DNA of 64,000 nucleotides from Mustelus asterias (lineage: Eukaryota), in the NCBI RefSeq assembly GCF_964213995.1, contig NC_135816.1, positions 67,704,001 to 67,768,000 on the forward strand. The letters are read 5' to 3'. Shown here piece after piece: positions 38,679 to 50,514 of the stretch (position 1 is the first letter of the stretch; every line of letters begins with the position of its first letter). The notes beneath the pieces are model-generated. The model searched no databases. It saw only the letters and a list, made by a program, of their open reading frames with translations, and was not told where the DNA came from. A program made the translations under genes and the position numbers.

Positions 38679-39250
38679 GAACAGAGAACATAGAAAAGCT
38701 ACAGCACAAACAGGCCCTTCGGCCCACAAGTTGTGCCAAACATGTCCCTACCTACTAGGCTTACCTATAACCCTCTATCTTACTAACTTCCATGAACATA
38801 TCCAAAAGTCTCTTAAGAGACCCTATCGAATCCGCCTCCACCACAACTACCAGCAGCTGATTCCACGCACCCACCACCCTCTGAGTGAAAGACTTACCCC
38901 AAACATCTCCTCTGTACCTACTCCCCAGCACCCTAAACCTGTGACCTCTCGTGGCAACCATTACAGCCCTGGGTAAAAGCCTCTGAGAATCCACTCTATC
39001 AATACCTCTCAACATCTTATACACCTCTATCAGATCACCCCTCATCCTTCGCCTCTCCAAGGAGAAAAGACCTAGCTCTCTCAACCTATCCTCATAAGGC
39101 ATGCCACCTAATCCAGGCAACATCCTTGTAAATCTCCTCTGCACCCTTTCTATGGCTTCCACATCCTTTCTGTAATGAGGTGACCAGAACTGGGCACAGT
39201 ACTCCAGGTGGGGTCTGACCAGGGTCCTATACAGCTGCAGCATTATCTCC
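38679..39250 (-). mobile_element. Young CR1 3' end
   Basis: Open ORF2 C-terminus (38761 to about 39250) and CR1 tail. Confidence 0.93.
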
Positions 39251-40954
39251 CCGTGCCCAAAACGGGCACAACGGCAATTTAAATGCATTTGCGTGCATTT
39301 AAATTGAATTAATGAACCGCCCGCTTAACTTTATCAGCATTTCCCCCTTTCCCACCGCGTTTGCCGATCCGGAACCGCGCCGTAATGGACCTGCTAAATA
39401 AAAGTCTGAATCGGGCGCTCCAGCTGCTGAAGAGCGTGTTCAGAGCTTCCAACGGCTCTCTGACTCAGATCAGTGGTGGGGGGAGGGAGGAGGGAGGCGG
39501 GTCAGATGTTCCTCTTGGGGGGTGGGGGGGGGGTGAGTGAGGCCAGAGCATTCTCTGGGGGGGGATGGGTGAGTCCAGATCATTGTCTGGGGGAGGGGGC
39601 GGGGGTGAGTGAGGTCAGATCGTTGTCTGTGGGGGGATGGGTGAGGCCGGATCGCTGTCGGAGGGCGGGGATGAGTGAGGCCAGATCGTTGTCTGGGGGA
39701 GGTAGGCGGGGGTGAGTGAGGCCAGACCATTCTCTGGGGGGGGATGAGTCCGCCACTCTGCGGACGATCGGTGGGGGGGGAGGGGGGCAGGGGTGGTGAT
39801 TGGTCTGGGTAGTGGGGGGGGGGGGTGGATAAGGGGACAGTGATGTGTGTGGGTAGTGCGGGTGTGGATAAGGGGGACAGTGATGTGTGTGGGTAGTGGG
39901 GGGGTGGATAAGGGGCACAGTGATGTGTGTGGGTAGTGGGGGGGTGGATAAGGGGCACAGTGATGTGTGTGGGTAGTGCGGGTGTGGATAAGGGGGACAG
40001 TGATGTGTGTGGGTAGCGGGGGGGGGGTGGATAAGGGGGACAGTGATGTGTGTGGGTAGTGGGGGGGGGTGGATAAGGGGGACAGTGATGTGTGTGGGTA
40101 GTGCGGGTGTGGATAAGGGGGAGAGTGATGTGTGTGGGTAGCGGGGGGGGGGGGGGGTGGATAAGGGGGACAGTGATGTGTGTGGGTAGTGGGGGGGGTG
40201 GATAAGGGGGACAGTGATGTGTGTGGGTAGTGGGGGGGTGGATAAGGGGGACAGTGATGTGTGTGGGTAGTGGGGGGGTTGGATAAGGGGGACAGTGATG
40301 TGTGTGGGTAGTGGGGGGGGGTGGATAAGGGGGACAGTGATGTGTGTGGGTAGTGGGGGATGGATAAGGGGGACAGTGATGTGTGTGGGTAGTGGGGGGG
40401 AGGTGGATTAGGGAGACAGTGATGTGTGTGGGAAGTGGGGGGGGTGGATAAGGGGGACAGTGATGTGTGTGGGTAGTGGGGGGTGGATAAGGGGGTCAGT
40501 GATGTGTGTGTGTAATGGGGGGGGTGGATAAGGGGGACAGTGACGTGTGTGGGTAGTGGGGGGGGGTGGATAAGGGGGACAGTGACGTGTGTGGGTAGTG
40601 GGGGGGGGGTGGATAAGGGGGACAGTGATGTGTGTGGGTAGTGGGGGGGGGTGGATAAGGGGGACAGTGATGTGTGTGGGCACCATCGCTCCCGCCTTTC
40701 GCTCCCGGGCCGCTTTCTCCGATTTCTGCGGCCCGGGAGTGATCTGACACGGGCACGCTTTTTCAAATTTTTTTCCAACTGCACATGCGCAGTTCAGAGC
40801 TCCGATCGTTTCGGCCGCGCTAAGCCCCGCCCACAGCGCAAATGGGACTGGAGATGACTGAGTGCGCATGGGGGCGCCTGAAAGCAGATTTCTAAGTAGA
40901 ATCTGCATTACGCCCAGATTCAGCACTTAGAATGAAAATGGTAAAATCGGGCCC
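39251..40954 (+). mobile_element. GC-rich non-autonomous Harbinger-like element carrying a minisatellite
   Basis: Ends GGTAAAATCGGGCCC; 39255-39420 is the reverse-complement homolog of about 43930-44110. Confidence 0.6.
39822..40680 (+). repeat. Minisatellite, about 21 units of roughly 40 bp (GTGGATAAGGGGGACAGTGATGTGTGTGGGTAGT-Gn)
   Basis: Direct inspection; unit length varies through the poly-G run. Confidence 0.95.
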
Positions 40955-41004
40955 TATGTCCTTGACTTCAGATGATTGGCCTCTGACACCAAAACCATTT
41001 TCAG

Positions 41005-41308
41005 TTTAAATTTATTTATTTCTGTCACAAGTAGGCTTACATTAACATTGCAATGAAATTACTGGGAAATTCCCCTGGTGGCTGCACTCCGGTGCCTGTT
41101 CAGGTACACTGAGTGAGAATTTAGCATGGCCAATACACCTGACCAGCACGTCTTTTGGACTGTGGAAGGAAACCAGAGCACCCGGAAGAAACTTACAGAA
41201 ACATGAGGAGAACATGCAGGCTCTGCACAGACAGCAACTCAAGCCAGGAATCAAACTCGAGTCCCTGGCGCTGTGAGGCAGCAGTGCTAACTATTGTGCC
41301 ATCGTGCC
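41005..41308 (-). mobile_element. V-SINE with alternative 3' tail
   Basis: Homologous to 6038-6335. Confidence 0.87.
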
Positions 41309-41379
41309 AGTTAAGACTCTAACCAGTGGAGAGTTTTTGCTTTGATAATGTGCTGCTCCAAAAGCACTTGCTCTAATCG

Positions 41380-41610
41380 TGGGGAGGCAGTCACCTAGTG
41401 GTATTGTCACTGAACCAGTAATGCAGAGACCTAGAGTAAGCTCTGGGGACCAGGGTTCAAGTCAGAGTAGATAGTGAAATTTGAATTCAATAAAAATCTG
41501 GAATTAAAATCTTATGCCATTGAAACCATTGTCACTGTTTGGAAAACTGGTTCACTAGCTCTTTAGGAATAGAAATTGGCAATCCTTACCAGGTCTGCAT
41601 GTGACTGCAA
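41380..41610 (+). mobile_element. Second SINE family, head and body
   Basis: CCTAGTGGTATTGTCACT..GGGTTCAA..GAAATTTGAATTCAATAAAAATCTGGAATT..CTGGTTCACTA. Confidence 0.6.
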
Positions 41611-42231
41611 TTAGGGATGGTCCAACTGGCAATGCTCATGTTCCATAAAATAATTTGTTCCACCTCTATTTTGTTTTATTTTCCACAGATTTTGCTTTGT
41701 TATTTTATTCGTTTCATCATTCTCCTGCCAGTCATTCCTGGAACAGTAGGCATTTTCCCTTTGCCTTTCCCCTGTAGATGCAGTTCACATACGGGCTTGT
41801 GTGAATGATGTCATTGTTGCCATTCGAGTTATCTAACTTCTGTAGGGCTGGAAAGGTCTCAAGTACGATCAGATGTGACTTATTCAGCTATGTAATCGGT
41901 AAAGGAAGACAAATCTTGTCAGATAACTCAAGCTGCCACTCTCTCGCATCCAAGTCTTCAGGGTGGATAGCCAAGTTTCTCCTAACAGATGCTCATGAAT
42001 ATGGTTTCATCACCACAGACTTCTTATGCCACACAAATTGCCCATTGTTACTTTCCCGGGGTTTGGCAGCAGAATGTGAAGGAAGTGTATGGATTGCTGG
42101 CATGACACAACAATATAATTGATATCGTCCATTACACTGGAATGTTGGAAGTACAAGTATGTAGACATGGACTGTGAGCAAGACAGGGGTGGGCTTTGAT
42201 GCCCCCACAGTTGACAACTCCTAAACTGCGT

Positions 42232-42408
42232 GGATTGGTTCAATTGGCCATGCTAAATTGCCCCTTAGTGTCCCAAGATGTGTAGGTTAAGGAGATTAGC
42301 GGGGTAAATATGTTGGGTTACAGGGATAGGCCCTGGGTAAGATGCTCTTACAGAGAGTCGGTACAGACTTGATGGGCCGAATGGCCTCCTTTTGCACTGC
42401 GGAGATTG
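42232..42408 (+). mobile_element. HE1 SINE 3' half
   Basis: TTGGCCATGCTAAATTGCCCCTTAGTG through the tail. Confidence 0.8.
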
Positions 42409-43039
42409 TACAAACTCATGTTCATGGCTTACACACAAATAACAGCAGTGTGGATGAAAAGAAATGAGTGACTCGCACTCCTGGGGCAATGCCCTGCGGA
42501 GTGTGTTGACTTCTCAGGGAAAGGAGGAAAAAATGTGAATCTTACTATTGCTTATTAAAATATTAATTAGCATATCTCACCTGATTACCTTCCACCTAAT
42601 TCAAAATTCCTCATCTGATTATTCCCTTTTGAAATGGCAAATGGTTAATTCAGAGGCAAAGCTAATTGGAATTTGCTGAAATAATGTCGAGGGAAAATGT
42701 CACCACAATTCTTTAGAAGCTGCCAGTTCTGTGCCTTTGTGGTTGTGTGATTCACAGAAAGTCTGCCGTACAGTGCCAATTGACTGATCTGGTTCAGGTA
42801 CTGAATTGAAATTCCAACCATGCTGCTTTGTTATCAAGGGAAATGACAGGTAAAATGTCAGGACAATTGAGGGGTGAGGAACTCATCCTTGCCATACTAG
42901 ACTGCTCAAATGTGAAATTGTGAGGACATTTGCTGAAGCGCAATTGTGCACTGACACTGAGAAATTAGGAGCGCGGTATGCATTAATAATGGGGAGTGAA
43001 GGAAGCATCACCAATATGTTCTCTGACTTGTAATTTCTT

Positions 43040-43495
43040 TTTGATTCATTCGTAGGACATGGACATCGCTGGCTGGCCAAAGATGTGCGGATTAGGTTGA
43101 TTGGCCATGCTAAATTGCCCCTTAGTGTCCTGAAATGCATAGGTTAGAGGGATTAGCGGGTAATATGTGTAGGGATGTGGGGGTAGGGCCTGGGTGGGAT
43201 TGTGGTCGGTGGAGACTCGATGGGCCGAATGGCCTGTTTCTGCACTGTAGGGTTTCTATGATTCTTCTATGATTTATTGTCCATCCCGAGCTGGCCAAGG
43301 GCAGTTGAGAGTCAACCACATTGCTGTGCCTCTGGAGTCACATGTAGGCCAAACCAGGTAAGGACGGCAGACTTCCTTCCCTAAAGGGCATTAGTGAATT
43401 GGATGGTTTTTTACAACAATCGAAATGGTTTCATGGTCATCAGCAGATTCTTAATTCCAGATACTTTTTTTTCGTGAATTTAAATTCCACCATCT
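43040..43495 (-). mobile_element. Second-family SINE interrupted by an HE1 3' half (43078-43272, plus strand)
   Basis: Homology to 6380-6610 and 41380-41610; the HE1 fragment splits its tail. Confidence 0.7.
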
Positions 43496-43496
43496 C

Positions 43497-44250
43497 CAAC
43501 TGCGCATGCACAGAAAAATAATGATAGAATGCTGCTCCCCTGCCACATCGCTCGCTGGCCGGCTAATGCCTCCCCCAGCCCCCACAGACATTGCTCCACC
43601 CCCACAACATTACTGACCCCCTTATCCCCCCACCCCATCCGTCACCCAGACCGATCGCAGGCCCTTCCCTCCTTCCTCCCTCCACCGATCTCAGGCAGAG
43701 TGGCAGCGGACCTCCCCTTCCACCACCCCCCCCCCCACTGATCTCAGGCAGAGTGGCAGCGGACCTCCCCTCCCCCCCTCCCCCCCCCCCCCCCACTGAT
43801 CTCAGGCAGAGTGGCAGCGGACCCTCCTTCCCCTCCAGCGATCTCAGGCAGTGTTGCAGTGGACGCACCCCTCTCCTGCCCACCACCGATCTCAAGCAGA
43901 GAGCTGTCGGATGTTCGGCACCTACCTCTTCTCTAACTGGAGCGCCCGAATCAACCTTTTATGGAGCATGTCTGTTTCGCGTCAATTCTCGATGGGCGAA
44001 CGCGGTGGTAAAGGGGAAGTGTCGGTAAAGTTGGGCGTGCAGCCCATTAAGTCAATTTAAATACATGCAAGTGCATTTAAATGTCCGTCACGCCCATTTC
44101 GGGCACAGTCCTGAATGTGGCCATTTTCAGGCCTTGGTAAAGGGGGAACCGGCGTGGAGGCAGGCGCAGATCACACTACTCACCGCACGCCCAACTTTAC
44201 CAAGTTTTCGCGCCCGAAAACAGGCGCAACGCGATGATAAAATCAGGCCC
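43497..44250 (-). mobile_element. Inverted relative of the 39251-40954 Harbinger-like element, with a different internal repeat
   Basis: Ends GATAAAATCAGGCCC; internal repeat GATCTCAGGCAGAGTGGCAGCGGACC, 3-5 copies. Confidence 0.6.
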
Positions 44251-46052
44251 TGTGTTTTAAGATTCGCAAGAATAGGCCGGTTGGGTATGATCTGTACTTT
44301 GCCCATTTCAAAATGACAGGCTATTTGATATGATTCGTCTGCCAGTCTTTGGATGGTATTGCCTACAGATCTAGCATCACTGGCCCTCAAGTTCATTCAC
44401 CACATCACACATTTGTGCGATAGGCAGAATGTATTTTTGGCTTGATGACAGCACCCTGTTAATGGCAAATACCACTCATATTGCTCCTGCAGTGTGAAAC
44501 AGCTTGCTTCACCTATAGCTCAAATTTGTCATATACAAGGCAAGCTGTGCAGCGTATCAAAAACATCTACATGTGACAAATCTATTTAGATTTCATGTCT
44601 TCATGAAATGAAGTATGACAGAGTTCTGTTTATTCAGTAGCTCTTCTGATGAACAATCATATATTCCCATCATTAGATTTAAGAGGTTCTGTTTCAGGTT
44701 CAATGTCCAAATAGAATTTGGTGAAAACAAGAACTGTTTTTCACTTTACCCATCTTAATTTACTCTTTGAGAAACACAACAGCTGAAATAATTCAAATTA
44801 ACTGCTTCAATAAATGAGTTCATGCATCCATATAGTGGTTAAAGGGCAGTGTGGTATTATTTGGTAACAAGTGATAAAATATCTGTTCTTCTAAGCCTTC
44901 AGTTTCAGATCTCAAGAGTAAAACATGGGACAACCTTACCAGAATTTGGCAGTGTCAGTTCCAGCGAGAGAAATGGAGTGAATCCCACTGATGGCTCCAG
45001 CGTAATTTCTGACCAGACCTTGAGCCTCACTGATGAAAGTTTTTATGGCCACAAGAATAGTGCCAAGCCCAGTGCAGCCTCCCTCTGATTTGCCAGCCAC
45101 GGTTCCACTTAATCACGCTAATTACTGGGGAGTTGCATATCAACGGCTCCCCAGTGACTACAGAGGATGGCAGCCAGGAAGCCTGCTCCGCAATTCTCAA
45201 AGGGACACCTGATCAGAAGCGGAATGCACTCTACCCCCACTCCAGGAGAAGGCCTCCCAGCAAGGTCATCACCTCCGCCTGGGATGCAGTGGCAGCCCTG
45301 ATGAGTGCAAGCTCGCTGAAGAAGAAGGACAGACAGCAGTGCTACAAGAAGATGAACAATCTTAATTGCTCAGCCAGGGTAAGTGAACCTCATGAAGTCT
45401 TTTTCTGGACCCTCTCACAAATCTCTCCCCTGGCCACCTTCATCTCTCACCCAACCACTTCAGGCTTGTCAACACCTGTAAGGAGGTCCTTACCCCCCTC
45501 CCCCAATCACCATGTTCCCCACACCACTCATTGCCACGCTCCTCACACTCCAGCTCCCACTCAAGACTCATGCCTGCCACAACTCATCACCATCTTAAGT
45601 GTTAACACTGCCACTTACACTCTCCCTATCTATGTCATTGCAGGACAAAGTAAACCAGAACAAGCGTCAGCAAGCACGCCTAGCCAGAGTAATGCCGGAG
45701 CTCAGAATATTGACATCTTTTGAGCAGAGAGCCCTCGAGCTGGCCGGGAAGGAGGAAGAATGTGCCTGTGCTGAGAGTGAAGTGGGGGCAGCAGACAAAT
45801 GTGAGAATCCTCAAGACATGCTATCATTCCTCAAGTCTCAAGTGAGTAATCAATGTTCCCTCCTTTACCCCTGTAATGCACTAATGCCATCTCCCTTCTC
45901 TTGCAGGCAAAGCAGAATAGACCCGACCATCCTCGTGTCCCCTGGACCCACTGAACTATGATGTGGAGATGCCGGCGTTGGACTGGGGTAAACACAGTAA
46001 GAAGTTTAACAACACCAGGTTAAAGTCCAACAGGTTTATTTGGTAGCAAAAG

Positions 46053-46098
46053 CCACACAAGCTTTCGGAGCTCCAATCCCCTTCTTCAGGTGAGTGGG
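46053..46098 (-). ncRNA. Minimal type I hammerhead ribozyme motif (mirror copy)
   Basis: Exact reverse complement of 46701-46746. Confidence 0.75.
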
Positions 46099-46700
46099 AA
46101 TTCTGTTCACAAACAGAGCATATAAAGACACAAACTCAATTTACATGAATAATGGTTGGAATGCGAATACTTACAACTAATCAAGTCTTTAAGAAACAAA
46201 ACAAAGTGAGTGGAGAGAGCATCAAGACAGGCTAAAAAGATGTGTATTGTCTCCAGACAAGACAGCCAGTGAAACTCTGTGGGGGTTACAAATAGTGTGA
46301 CATGAACCCAATATCCCGGTTGAGGCCGTCCTCGTGTGTGCGGAACTTGGCTATCAGTTTCTGCTCAGCGACAATATTCGGGTAAGCCTTCTCCAAGGCG
46401 GCCTTCGCGACACACGACGGCGCAGAGTCGCTGAGCAGAAACTGATAGCCAAGTTCCGCACACACGAGGACGGCCTCAACTGGGATATTGGGTTCATGTC
46501 ACACTATTTGTAACCCCCACAGAGTTTCACTGGCTGTCTTGTCTGGAGACAATACACATCTTTTTAGCCTGTCTTGATGCTCTCTCCACTCACTTTGTTT
46601 TGTTTCTTAAAGACTTGATTAGTTGTAAGTATTCGCATTCCAACCATTATTCATGTAAATTGAGTTTGTGTCTTTATATGCTCTGTTTGTGAACAGAATT

Positions 46701-46746
46701 CCCACTCACCTGAAGAAGGGGATTGGAGCTCCGAAAGCTTGTGTGG
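46701..46746 (+). ncRNA. Minimal type I hammerhead ribozyme motif
   Basis: CAC-CUGAAGA-stem II (GGGG..CUCC)-GAAA-GCUU-GUG, with palindromic AGCU at stem III. Confidence 0.75.
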
Positions 46747-47140
46747 CTTTTGCTACCAAATAAACCTGTTGGACTTTAACCTGGTGTTGTTAAACTTCCC
46801 ACTGAACTATAGCAGCTCCAAGGGAGACTTTTCGGACCCCACAATGGAAGAGGCTTCACAGCTGTCACCTGCACCCAGCACCAGTGCAAAGACTTACACC
46901 TCAGTGGATTCACTGGATAGGTCACTCAATGGTGAGCATTGGTGATCTGAAGATCTGCAGCAGGTGGAAACAGGAATTTCCCAGGAAACCAGCAGTTGTA
47001 GGGATGTTGGAGACCAAGACTCTGCTGGACCTCTGCATGATGATGGACCCCTCGGTCCGGTTGTCCCAGAGCTGATGGAGCTGCAAAGGAAGATTTGTGA
47101 GCATCAGGAGGGGATGACAGCATCCCTCCTCGGACTGCAA

Positions 47141-47370
47141 GGTCACTGTGTGGAGTCTGCACTTTCTCCTTGCATCTGTGTGGGTTTCCTCTGGTTTCCT
47201 CCCACAGTCTGAAAGACATGCTGGTTAGATGCATTGACCATGCTAAATTCTCCCTCAGTGTACCTGAACAGGCGCCGGAGTGTGTCGACTAGGGGATTTT
47301 CACAGTAACTTCATTGCAGAGTTAACGTACGCCTACCTGTGACACTAATAATTAAACTAAACTTTAAACT
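47141..47370 (+). mobile_element. 5'-truncated V-SINE with alternative tail
   Basis: V-core followed by GCCTACCTGTGACACTAATA..(AAACT)n. Confidence 0.85.
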
Positions 47371-48528
47371 TTTTTACTTCTAAGGCTTGAATTGAAAGAC
47401 GCGTCTACATTCTTGGGGCTTTTTGTTCCAAAGGGTTAACCTTTGTCCCCAGACAATGCAACTAGGTCTAACTCTGGATATTAAACTGGCATGCTGTACT
47501 CCTCAAAGATTCATCAGTTAGTCACTCTGGCAATGATATTCACCTTGATGAGTCACAGCTGGATCCTGGAGGTATGCTATTAGCTTTTGCAGCAATTCCC
47601 TCGAGGGCAGCCTCATTCTTTGGGGTTTTCAATGCTGTGCAGTTAAGTAGCTTTGCATGAGAGCAATCAACACACTCTCACTGATTCAGAGTTTGCAGAG
47701 AAGTGGATTTGAACTTCCTGTCCTGGCCTCACATTGACAGAGTAAGGGTTGTAGGTTTCACTGCATTTTCCCTCCCCCAGGTGAGAGGGTCTTTATGCCT
47801 CATGAGGCAGGGTAGCTTCCCATCACTGATACCCCCACACTGCCCTTACTATCTAGCCTCTCCTAAAGCAGGACCCCAGGACCTCATAGTCGCACACAGC
47901 ACTACCCCTCTTTTGTGGCCACCTCCCACCCAGTTTGCAGCTCTTGACAAGGAAGGGCACCCACTCAGCGCTTGTTTGAACAGTAACACAGCATGGAGGA
48001 ATTGGGAGCGATGTTTGCTTCATAGGCAGCACATCCCCTTGGAGCAAGGGGTGACCGGATATGAAGGGCAGGTCAGGCCTCTGAGCAATGCAAGCCCCCA
48101 CCCCTCCCCCCCCACCCCCCCACCCCCCCACCTCATCCCCCACCACCCCGTCGATGGCAACATTGATCCTCACCCCCGACCCGGAGCTGCACTTGTGTGC
48201 ATCCCCAGCATTCTCCCTGATCCCTCTATTGTATTGGACTGCCTGTGAAATATTGGCCACTTGAGCGCTCACCTCTGATATCCCCTTGGAGGTGACTGAG
48301 CCAGGTTCACGCTTATGTAGAGCTGTTGTAAATGGTGCCAGCCGAACATTTGGTGAGGGCTGAATATCCAGAGTGAGTGCTCAATAATGAGATGCTGATG
48401 CATTCAAATTAGGTTCATATCCTCCCCAGCTTGTTCTGTATCACTCCGCTGGCCAGATCAGCTCAAAATCATAAAACACAATTTCACTGGCGAGGATCAT
48501 GCTTTTTCATATATCTGGCTGGAATGTT

Positions 48529-48641
48529 ACACAGTAAGAAGTTTAACAACACCAGGTTAAAGTCCAACGTTGGACTTTAACCTGGTGTTGTTAAACTTCT
48601 TACTGTGTTTACCCCAGTCCAACGCCGGCATCTCCACATCA
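48529..48641. mobile_element. Minimal Penelope-like fold-back insertion
   Basis: Perfect 80-bp palindrome 48529-48608 plus a tail identical to the end of 45960-46797; 12-bp TSD TGGAATGTTACA (48520-48531 and 48642-48653). Confidence 0.9.
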
Positions 48642-50377
48642 TGGAATGTTACAGCCATTCATGCCAGTTTTCCCATCTCGCTGCAGTGAATGGAGATTTG
48701 GCTAGGTGCCAGATTCTCTGACTTCACTGCAGCAGCGGCATGGTGTGAAGAGCTGGTAAGATTGCGCCTTCTTCATTTTGAGCCTGTGCCGCCATTCCCA
48801 CGGACAGTGAACATTGGCTCAAGATCCCACCCACAGTCTGGCACCAAACCATGAAGATTATGGGCGAATCTCACCAAAGTTGGCAAAGTGTCAGGGTCTG
48901 ACTGAAAACCAGTGCGTTTCTCTCTGGAGAAACAGGCCGATTTTCTCTCCAGATTTTACAATCGCCCCGATAGCAGAGAAAGACTAAGCAGTTGTAGTTT
49001 TCCAAACAAATCACTTAAAAAGTAACATTAAAGGAAGAAAAGTTATCAAATTTAACCATTAATTATATAATTTGAATTAAAATAAAATTTGTTTCACCAT
49101 GTAGGGTAATTTAACTCTGAAGATTTTTTGCCCTCTACTGTTTTTTTCCTTCATGTTATTTTCCATTAATGCAAATCAAAAGAAAGCAGCAGTGCAAATT
49201 CAACTTCTTTTAGCAGCTCCTAAAAGTTTTGACACTGTTTTGTGCGATGAGTTTTGCTTTCATTATATGTTCACATAAAAGTTGTATTTGTTGTGCAAAT
49301 GGAAAAATTTTTTTATCTACAAAACTATTGCTAATTTTTCTTAATCCTGGTCTTTGGAATAGAGTGGCAAGAATGAAGCAGTCTCTCTTTGGTAAGCTTT
49401 TTTTTTTGGATTAGTTCCTGCTGGTTGCTGCATGCACAAAATTAATAGTGGGTTGCCATAACCTACACGAGGACAAGGAGATTCATTGTGTGTGTGAAGT
49501 TTGATTTTTGTCAAGGGGTGCTAATTACACTAATGCCTATTGAAAGGAGTTATTGGTGCTAATTACCTATGAAGTAGTGCTGCTGATGACTGGTTAGACA
49601 ACTCATCAACTTCTCGACAAACTTTGAGCATCTGTTAACCCTAGGTATTAATTAGAGATGCAGTTGTCAAATACTTGCTGTTTTGATACATATTCCAAGC
49701 ATGTATCAAGATATTCACCTATTTGGCAGCAAGAGGATTTTGAGATTAATTTATGTTATAATACTGCTACTAAATTAAATTTGGATCAATTCCCAGGAAC
49801 GCACAAGCTATTCTGAATGTTGATTAAGACTTTTAGCTAGAGTGCTAGATTAAATGTAAATTCATCATACCTTTGAAGTTGGAGACAAAATTGGTGGTTA
49901 TTAACATTCCAGAGAGGGTTGTATCTAAAATGTTGGATAAGTTAATCTACTGAACACAGCAGTAGGCTTAGCTAAACAGACAGCATATCTACCATTACAA
50001 GGTGGAGGTGACAATATTAAGCTTTTTGCTTCTTCTCTTGTCTGGGGAAAATAAAATGACAGATTGCAGTTTGAAATAGTCAATATGGTAGAAACCCTTC
50101 ACATTTTAAACAGCCAGATGGAGAGGGGCAGTCTTATACCTGAGATATGAACATGTATATCCTTTAAAATAGAGGTTCTCAAACATTTTTGGATGGAGGG
50201 TTCCTTTTCAAATGGATTAGAAATTGTGGACCTAACCAGCTAAATTAGGATACTCTATAATAATCATCGTGTGAAAGTGCGGCATGTAAAGAATGTTTTA
50301 ATATCTTTAAGAAGGCAGTATGTATTTCTGGGTGTTGTCAGTGAGATGGGTCTTTCTACTTCTCACTGTAAAGTCTG

Positions 50378-50514
50378 TGGCTGGAATTTTCCAGCTTTTA
50401 ATTCCCTGCCGCTATTGCAAGCGAGGATGGAGAATTTGGTGCTCAGCCAATTCTTCGCTCACTACAGCAGGAGCAAAGAATCCCGCTGACATGAACGGCC
50501 AGAAAATTCCAGCC
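50378..50514. mobile_element. Harbinger-type MITE
   Basis: GGCTGGAATTTTC / GAAAATTCCAGCC TIRs with CTG at both flanks. Confidence 0.7.

Larger units (their letters stand above)
45960..46797. mobile_element. Penelope-like element, fold-back insertion
   Basis: 372-bp inverted arms (46001-46372 and 46427-46798, one mismatch seen); 13-bp TSD CCCACTGAACTAT; GIY-YIG C-terminal peptide RRRVAEQKLIAKFRTHEDGLN; unpaired tail of about 40 nt. Confidence 0.9.
45167..47140 (+). pseudogene. Intron-containing Myb/SANT-like (Harbinger ORF2, NAIF1/TSNARE1-like) pseudogene
   Basis: MAARKPAPQF..LYP..AWDAVAA..QCYKKMNNL; GT-AG introns 45379-45643 and 45801-45906; exon 2 DKVNQNKR..LRILTSFEQRALELAG; exon 3 split by the Penelope insertion. 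Confidence 0.75.
44927..48832 (+). mobile_element. PIF/Harbinger DNA transposon (transposase not recognisable) carrying a Myb/SANT-like gene
   Basis: Termini GGGACAACCTTACC and GGCTCAAGATCCCACCC match other copies in the window; encloses the Myb-like exons. Confidence 0.6.

Noticed and set aside
39822-40680. CRISPR-like regular repeat array
   Set aside because: No unique spacers, no cas genes and a eukaryotic context; it is a plain tandem minisatellite.
39470-40926. Long Pro/His/Thr-rich ORFs (up to 389 aa)
   Set aside because: They are translations of the C-rich strand of the minisatellite, open in several frames, with no sign of being a gene.
47700-48290. ORFs of 139-181 aa as a Harbinger transposase
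   Set aside because: No HARBI1/DDE motifs are recognisable; GC-rich low complexity explains the open frames.
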